Source of the DNA: Candidatus Melainabacteria bacterium 17Bon1m
GTDB taxonomy: Bacteria > Cyanobacteriota > Vampirovibrionia > Obscuribacterales > Obscuribacteraceae
Assembly (NCBI GenBank): GCA_032128875.1
Contig: JAVLKG010000002.1
Location: 1-64,000, forward strand
DNA length: 64,000 nucleotides
Direction: 5' to 3'
This document shows positions 58,443 through 64,000 of this stretch, piece by piece. Both the position numbers and the translations under genes were made by a program. How positions within the stretch are numbered: position 1 is the stretch's first letter; each line of letters starts with the position of its first letter. The notes under the pieces were generated by a model. That model saw only the letters and a program-made list of their open reading frames with translations. It ran no database searches and had not been told where the DNA came from.

Positions 58443-58831
58443 TTGGTTACCATTACCGTAGTGCCTGGTGGAGAGATTAATTCGAATTCGTCCATCAGTC
58501 TTTTGGAACCGCTCAACCCTAAGCCCATGCCTTTCTTGGACGTGTATCCATCCGAAAGTGCAAGGCGTGCGTCTGCAATTCCCGGGCCTTCGTCTTTAAA
58601 GGTAAGGCGTATGCCATCACGGTCAAGTTCCCGAAGATGTTCAATTTGGACGCTACCGCCGTGACCGTGCTCAATGGCATTGCGACCTAGTTCGCTCGCC
58701 GCTGTCATAATTTTGGTTTGATTTAGGGAGGAGAATCCCATGTCTGCAGCATGCCTTTTGACAGCCGATCGCATCTCGATAAGGTCATCTTCGGTTTTCA
58801 ATTCTTGAAACCCAAGCAAAAGTGCTGTCAC
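58433..58831 (-). CDS. rsbT: RsbT-like serine kinase, copy 2
   Basis: QTKIMTAASELGRNA..HG.GG, FKDEGPGI.D..LAL.DGYTS..GMGLGLSGSKRLMDEF; GTG 58831 preferred. Confidence 0.9.
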   Translation of the reverse strand: MTALLLGFQELKTEDDLIEMRSAVKRHAADMGFSSLNQTKIMTAASELGRNAIEHGHGGSVQIEHLRELDRDGIRLTFKDEGPGIADARLALSDGYTSKKGMGLGLSGSKRLMDEFELISPPGTTVMVTKWM

Positions 58832-58833
58832 GA

Positions 58834-59247
58834 TCAATTTTTCTCGGTCCACTTCGTTACAGTGACTCTTGTCCCTTCATTTTCCTTAGATTCAATATCG
58901 AAGTCATCCATGAGGCGTTTTGCGCCTCCTAGCCCAAGCCCCATGCCTCTGCCTGTGCTAAAACCATCTTCAAGCGCTCGCGCTAGGTCCGGGATGCCTG
59001 GTCCAGTGTCTTCGAAAATGAGGCGGATGCCAATGCGCTCAGGCTCGGTTACAAGCTGAATAATTGACTTGCCACCTTTCCCATGCTCGAGCGTATTTCG
59101 CGCCAACTCGCTTGCTGCACTGATAATCTTCGTTTGATTGACCAAACTAAAATTGAGAAGCGCAGTCACTCTCTTCACGCTATTTCGCACATCGAGGATG
59201 TCGTCTTCGTTGGCAATCGAGCGTTCTTCTTGCGACTTTACCGCCAT
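58834..59247 (-). CDS. rsbT: RsbT-like serine kinase, copy 1
   Basis: QTKIISAASELARNT..HG.GG, FEDTGPGIPD..RALEDGFST..GMGLGLGGAKRLMDDF. Confidence 0.92.
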   Translation of the reverse strand: MAVKSQEERSIANEDDILDVRNSVKRVTALLNFSLVNQTKIISAASELARNTLEHGKGGKSIIQLVTEPERIGIRLIFEDTGPGIPDLARALEDGFSTGRGMGLGLGGAKRLMDDFDIESKENEGTRVTVTKWTEKN

Positions 59248-59645
59248 TTTGCCTCTTGCTTCTTTGCATTTGCTTTTCCATTGGCTTTAGCTTTGACCAT
59301 ATCAGTCAGAAGCTTCATGCCGTCTTCTGCGGTCAAAGCTGTGTAAATACCGGGAAGTGTAATTCCAAGCTCAGTGATAGTTATTGCGATTGCCGGCTGC
59401 ATGCCGACGAGTACACAATGGCAATCGAGCAACTTGGCCGTCTTGGAGATGTTGCCCAAAATTCTTCCCATAAATGAATCAACCATCTCCAGCGCGGAAA
59501 TGTCGATTAATACACCTTTGGCTGAATTGTCAACTATCTTTTCCGACAAATCCTCAAGCAGTGCTATAGCGATACGATCGTGAAAGTCGACTTGAATGGT
59601 GACGAGTAGTACGTCCCCAATCTTCAAAATTGGAATACGATCCAT
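59238..59645 (-). CDS. rsbS: stressosome STAS protein RsbS
   Basis: RIPILK, GVLIDIS.LE.VDSF, VGMQP..AIT..ELG. Confidence 0.93.
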   Translation of the reverse strand: MDRIPILKIGDVLLVTIQVDFHDRIAIALLEDLSEKIVDNSAKGVLIDISALEMVDSFMGRILGNISKTAKLLDCHCVLVGMQPAIAITITELGITLPGIYTALTAEDGMKLLTDMVKAKANGKANAKKQEAKWR

Positions 59646-59662
59646 TTTCTATTTCCCTTTGA

Positions 59663-60529
59663 TTAGACAGTTTCGAGATGTCTTTCGAATGACCAACCAC
59701 CGCGGGCAAGTGCTTCCTTTATTGCGTCTGCCATTGTTGCCTTGGTTACTATGTCATTGATGTCTATACCGAGATGCACGATGGTCTGCGCAATTTGCGG
59801 TCTGATACCACTGATGATGCATTCGGCTCCCATCAGGCGAGTAGCCGAGACCGTCTTCATCAAATGCTGTGCCGTTTGTGTATCTACAGTCGGAACACCG
59901 GTGATGTCCAAAATCGCGATGCGCGAGCCTGTATCAACGATTTTTTGCAGCAGTGTTTCCATCACGATCTGCGTGCGAGCACTGTCGAGCGTTCCAATCA
60001 AAGGAACAGCAACAACCCCATCCCAAACCTTAATTACTGGCGTGGACATTTCCAGCATTTCTTTTTGCTGGCGTCGAATAATTGCTTCGCGTGTTCTCTG
60101 GAAAGTTTCGGCAGTATACAGTCCAAGTTTGTCGAGCAAAAGTGACAATTGCCAAACCCCCGCCGAAGCTTCGGTATTACCCTGTCCTTTTTCGGAAGTA
60201 AGCCGTGCAAACAAGGGTTCTTTCATTGAGAAAATGAATTTAGCGGTTTCTGATGGCGTAGAGCCTTGGGAAGCGCGGCTTGCCGAGAGTTCCGCAAGCA
60301 TGTGTCTCATTTCTTCCCATTCTGGCTTTTCAATGTCATCGACATTGCCCTTGGCTATGGCTTCTTCAAAGAGACGGAAAAATTCTGATGAACTGGCTCG
60401 AAGCGATGCCTCTGGAACACTCTTCGACCGTGATTTGTCACTCAGTTGATTTTTTATCCACTCTGTAAGAATTTCTTCCTTAGAGCCGCTGATGATCTGG
60501 TGGAGAGGTACTGCTGTTTCTCTTGTCAT
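59663..60529 (-). CDS. rsbR: stressosome protein RsbR (N-terminal helical sensor + STAS)
   Basis: RA.QG.TPSETA.F, EMSTPVIK, PLIGTLDS.R, DITGVPTVDT..A.HL, ISGIRP.IAQT. Confidence 0.93.
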   Translation of the reverse strand: MTRETAVPLHQIISGSKEEILTEWIKNQLSDKSRSKSVPEASLRASSSEFFRLFEEAIAKGNVDDIEKPEWEEMRHMLAELSASRASQGSTPSETAKFIFSMKEPLFARLTSEKGQGNTEASAGVWQLSLLLDKLGLYTAETFQRTREAIIRRQQKEMLEMSTPVIKVWDGVVAVPLIGTLDSARTQIVMETLLQKIVDTGSRIAILDITGVPTVDTQTAQHLMKTVSATRLMGAECIISGIRPQIAQTIVHLGIDINDIVTKATMADAIKEALARGGWSFERHLETV

Positions 60530-60784
60530 GTCTGCGTGAGCCCCATAAATCGCTGTGAGACCATCATTATCAGTTATATTTATTCAAAATGGGGGTATTA
60601 GATGTATTTTCCATATCGCCCGTGGTGTGAATTGTATCCGATTGGATGCTTGACAAGAGTTCAAAGGCAGTCCTACCTTTGAACTCTGGAAATAGCAAAA
60701 ATTTTGTCGTTTTTGTACATGATTGAACATTATGCGGATTCATTCCACTTTCGAATGTCACTTTTATGCGATTCTTCAAAAGAA

Positions 60785-60808
60785 AGACGCCAGGTTGCCC
60801 TGGCGTCT
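60785..60808 (-). terminator. intrinsic terminator after the VIT gene
   Basis: AGACGCCAGG-TTGC-CCTGGCGTCT with a U-rich tract on the minus strand. Confidence 0.75.
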
Positions 60809-60833
60809 CCCTCCTGGCGCGTGGCGAAAACTC

Positions 60834-63815
60834 TTATAGTCCTCCTCCGAGTCCTCCGAAGTTGTTGATGAAGTTAGTGCCTACGATGTGAATCGTGAGC
60901 GGTACAAACAGCACCATTGCGGATGCTTTGGCAATAACGACCTTTGTCATTTGTCTCTGCCCGCGGACGTAAATACTCGCGACAACTAAGGCAATTACTC
61001 CGGCGATCAGAGTCAGCAGTCTGACAATGTCCCGCGCTGTGTCATATCCGAAGTCCGCGAGTTGTCCCACTTCATTCGATTGTCCATAGCGAGGATCGAC
61101 AGGAGCACCGACGAGACCACCGCCAGTATTCACGAGAGCCGGAGAAATGGTTCCAAGCCCATCCCTATACTGACCAGGGTCAAGCCCCGCGCTCTTGTAC
61201 TCTTCAAAAGTTTGAAGAATGACAGCACCCGTCACAGGACTAACGATGCGATATTTCGCGCCGATCAATTTCGCTTGGTGACCTTCGCTTAAAGACATTA
61301 GTCTGGCAACTTCATCGCGCGCCCAGAGACATGTAACTTCTGCAGATGAAGCCTTGTCCGTGAAAATCTTGGTCTTTGGTTTTGTCTGCGAGTAGGTCTT
61401 CACTAAAGCCAGCCGCTTTGTTCCTCGTGCCCAAGTTGTTGCAAGGACTTTTACATCGTCAGCAAGCGAGCTAGATTTGATTGACGACAGTTTTTTTCTT
61501 TCATCTTCCTTTCGCGCAACCGTTTCACAGGTCACGTAATTGGTCACATCTTCTTGCTTTAGCTTTTGCAAAGCCGTATTTGGACCAGCCCCAATTTGTA
61601 AATCATTCAAAGTAACTCTATTGACTAAATCAAGAGCCTTTGAATCGCCCAGCGCTGGTGAAAGCGGTTGTGGACCGTGAATCCAAAGCACGCTGCAATT
61701 TGGTTCTTCCGCTGCTGTCTCAAGAGCTTCGCGTAGGGTTTTATAGTTTTCCTGTCCTCCGACGAAAACATCAGGAGTTAATGCCTTCAGCGCATCAGCT
61801 TTGTCTATCATGATTGGCGTTTTGTCGGCAGCTGCTTCTTCATTTTGCGTTTCGAATTCTGCTACCGATTCGCCTTGTGATTCACTAACTGCAACTTGTT
61901 CTCGCAGATTTTTTTCGCTCGCTACAAACACCATCGGTTTTAAACCAGCGGGAATGCTCTCGATCGCTTCCTTTATCTGAGGCAGCTCTGTTTTGAGAGA
62001 TGCGGAGCCATCAACAACTACAAACACTCGTTTTATTGCTGGTGTGGTTACATTCTGAAGACGGGCGACAATATAGCGCGCGTCTTTTGCGAACCAATCA
62101 AGTGTTGCAAACTCTCTCAAAAAGTCGGTTCTTTGGACGATAACAGTGCCTATAGATTTACTTTTGTCGCTCGTCTTTATAATTCCGCTCAATTCATATC
62201 CGTTGTCCTTTTTCGTTGCCACTACACCGGCCAAATCGTTGATTGGTTTGTTTTGGGAGTGAAGAGTGACACGGTGACGTTTGGGCTGCATGAAATTACT
62301 GCTCAGCAATTTCGGAAGTTCCATCGAGCATGTTTTACCGTCTTTTGTTTCGAGCGGAATCTTAAAGCCAATGCGAATTTTTTGTTCACTTGCGACCGGC
62401 ACTGGGAATGATTGCACAAGAATATGATCAGGTGCCGACATAGTGACCAGCAGTGGATCTCGTCTTTGACCGACTATGTTTTCGTAAGCTGCTCGGACTT
62501 TCATAGAAGCGTCGAAGGCGCCATCCCTTGGTTCGCCATCTATCCATAGTGTCGCTCGTGATACCACGGCGCCTTTTGGCAAGGCAATTTCGCATCGAGA
62601 TTCTTGTGCTGAAGATGTTGAATTGTGGAAAGTAAGTGTCCAGTCTATTGAACTGGAGAGAGTTTCGGTATTGATATTGCCTGCTATTTGAGATTTTGTC
62701 AGCGACAAACCTGTAACAACATCTCCTACCGCTGGGTTTTGTATTATTGTTTCGAGGCTGGGAGCGTCGCCTGTGTTCTTACCAGTATCGAAAAACGATT
62801 TCCCTGTAATTTTGAAATAAAGATCACGATCCAATTGATTGGGGGCAGCAAGTCCACGATTTGGTATCAGTAATTCGCCCAACGCAAAACCACCGATCGG
62901 AAACTTCCATGGACGCAAGTCTTCTTCTGTTGCAACCGAACGCAGCGTTGTTATTGCCTCCGTTTTTCTTGATAGCGAACCACTGCGCGCGGTATCGAGC
63001 TGTGATTGAACGAACATACCTCGAGCCATTGGTGTGAATACAAACAGGAAAGACAATGCTATTCCCATTGCGGAAAATGTCGTTGTTATGCGCTTTATGT
63101 TTGCGTCTGTCTTGTGCCAAAGATCCATTGCTAGGCACGCTGCTGCGAAGAGCAAAAATGGAGATGTGCACAGCAGGAGCATCCACCCTAACTTGCAGGA
63201 GACGCCACTCGCCGGAAAGAACACCGCCTTCATCCAGATGGCTGTCCAACATGCCGACAAGCCTAAAGCGAAACCATTCATGACGCCCGCAAGGCGTGGA
63301 CGCGCTAGGTAGCCTCGGCGCAATGCGGACCAGACTCCAAAATTGAAGAGTGGAACAATGACCAGCAATGCCAATTTCCCAAGTTCTTGCGGTATGTTCG
63401 TCGGTGCTGCGGAGAACAGCGAGCTAATTCCATAAGCCAGGAGACCTATTCCCGGAAGAATTGCTCCGAATGTGACAACAAACATGCCCTCAAAAGGCGC
63501 GGCGAACACATCAAATTCTTTCTTCCCCCGGAAAATTCGACGTTCTGCAAGTATGTGGAATATGACAGCTACCAAGCTGAGCACGCCGAAGGAAATCGCA
63601 GCAACACCCGGTGTTTTATTGAGACAAACAATAGTTGCAACACCGATAATCGCGATTGACAGATACAGTGAAGGCTCTTTGAGTACATGCCTTGTACCAC
63701 CATCAAAGCCGCTAATCTTGGGCTTTGTTATTGTTTCGGGGTGAAGTTGCTGTGTGATTTCTTGTTCTGCCTGATCACGATCGTGATCAAGCGACGACTG
63801 TTCTAGGGTGTTCAT
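60834..63815 (-). CDS. membrane-anchored VIT-domain protein (N-terminal multi-TM region, VIT, vWA-like, C-terminal TM hairpin)
   Basis: WTLTFHN...ESR.EIALP.GAVVSR.TLWIDG..R, AYE.IV...RDPLLV, VVVDGSAS, YRIVSPVTGAVIL. Confidence 0.85.
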   Translation of the reverse strand: MNTLEQSSLDHDRDQAEQEITQQLHPETITKPKISGFDGGTRHVLKEPSLYLSIAIIGVATIVCLNKTPGVAAISFGVLSLVAVIFHILAERRIFRGKKEFDVFAAPFEGMFVVTFGAILPGIGLLAYGISSLFSAAPTNIPQELGKLALLVIVPLFNFGVWSALRRGYLARPRLAGVMNGFALGLSACWTAIWMKAVFFPASGVSCKLGWMLLLCTSPFLLFAAACLAMDLWHKTDANIKRITTTFSAMGIALSFLFVFTPMARGMFVQSQLDTARSGSLSRKTEAITTLRSVATEEDLRPWKFPIGGFALGELLIPNRGLAAPNQLDRDLYFKITGKSFFDTGKNTGDAPSLETIIQNPAVGDVVTGLSLTKSQIAGNINTETLSSSIDWTLTFHNSTSSAQESRCEIALPKGAVVSRATLWIDGEPRDGAFDASMKVRAAYENIVGQRRDPLLVTMSAPDHILVQSFPVPVASEQKIRIGFKIPLETKDGKTCSMELPKLLSSNFMQPKRHRVTLHSQNKPINDLAGVVATKKDNGYELSGIIKTSDKSKSIGTVIVQRTDFLREFATLDWFAKDARYIVARLQNVTTPAIKRVFVVVDGSASLKTELPQIKEAIESIPAGLKPMVFVASEKNLREQVAVSESQGESVAEFETQNEEAAADKTPIMIDKADALKALTPDVFVGGQENYKTLREALETAAEEPNCSVLWIHGPQPLSPALGDSKALDLVNRVTLNDLQIGAGPNTALQKLKQEDVTNYVTCETVARKEDERKKLSSIKSSSLADDVKVLATTWARGTKRLALVKTYSQTKPKTKIFTDKASSAEVTCLWARDEVARLMSLSEGHQAKLIGAKYRIVSPVTGAVILQTFEEYKSAGLDPGQYRDGLGTISPALVNTGGGLVGAPVDPRYGQSNEVGQLADFGYDTARDIVRLLTLIAGVIALVVASIYVRGQRQMTKVVIAKASAMVLFVPLTIHIVGTNFINNFGGLGGGL

Positions 63816-64000
63816 GACGAAAACCTCTGCTACGTATATAGTGAAAAATTTGACGTTAAGTAGCGGCCGCGCAAGGCGTCGCGCGGCAAATCAACAAGCC
63901 AGCTGTATGTTCTACTTAAGCTGTTTATTTAACTAATCTGAACTCGGCGTGGCGGTCCGAGCACACGTGGCGTGTTAGCGTTCACGCATTATGTACCCGC

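Noticed and set aside
1-64000. CRISPR array, tRNA (including selC), rRNA, transposase, integrase or prophage genes
   Set aside because: None seen by eye. Short or atypical RNA genes could have been missed without a covariance-model scan.

Overview
A gene-dense 64-kb bacterial chromosomal segment of roughly balanced GC with about 62 CDSs. I saw no rRNA, tRNA, CRISPR array or intact mobile element. Gene content and the many unusual secreted proteins suggest non-photosynthetic Cyanobacteriota relatives (Vampirovibrionia/Obscuribacterales-like), but this is an impression, not a search result. Recognisable modules: nupC and cstA transporters; a Hen1-Pnkp RNA repair operon; dinB; a YbhGFSR-like exporter bracketed by four Cys-based (PTP/DSP-fold) phosphatase genes and a DAG-kinase-family gene; two aldo-keto reductases; arfB; a stand-alone LigD phosphoesterase; AlkB; and a stressosome operon (rsbR-rsbS-rsbT-rsbT-rsbX-like-HK-RR). 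Best leads: (1) a secreted TPR-thioredoxin split in the ORF track by an in-frame TGA exactly at the first Cys of its WxGPC site, i.e. a probable selenoprotein (W-U-G-P-C) beside a Cys-containing paralog; (2) about 12 correctly oriented intergenic GGAAC-N16/18-GTC ECF-type promoters defining a probable stress regulon, one ahead of an unannotated 30-aa membrane peptide; (3) the phosphatase/pseudophosphatase + lipid kinase + exporter cluster; (4) an 814-aa protein with a hydrophobic N-terminal region and a C-terminal nucleotidyltransferase-like domain; (5) a thaumatin-like secreted protein, a degenerate clamp-loader-like protein and a REP-like palindrome family. All family calls come from motif recognition by eye; no database searches were run.
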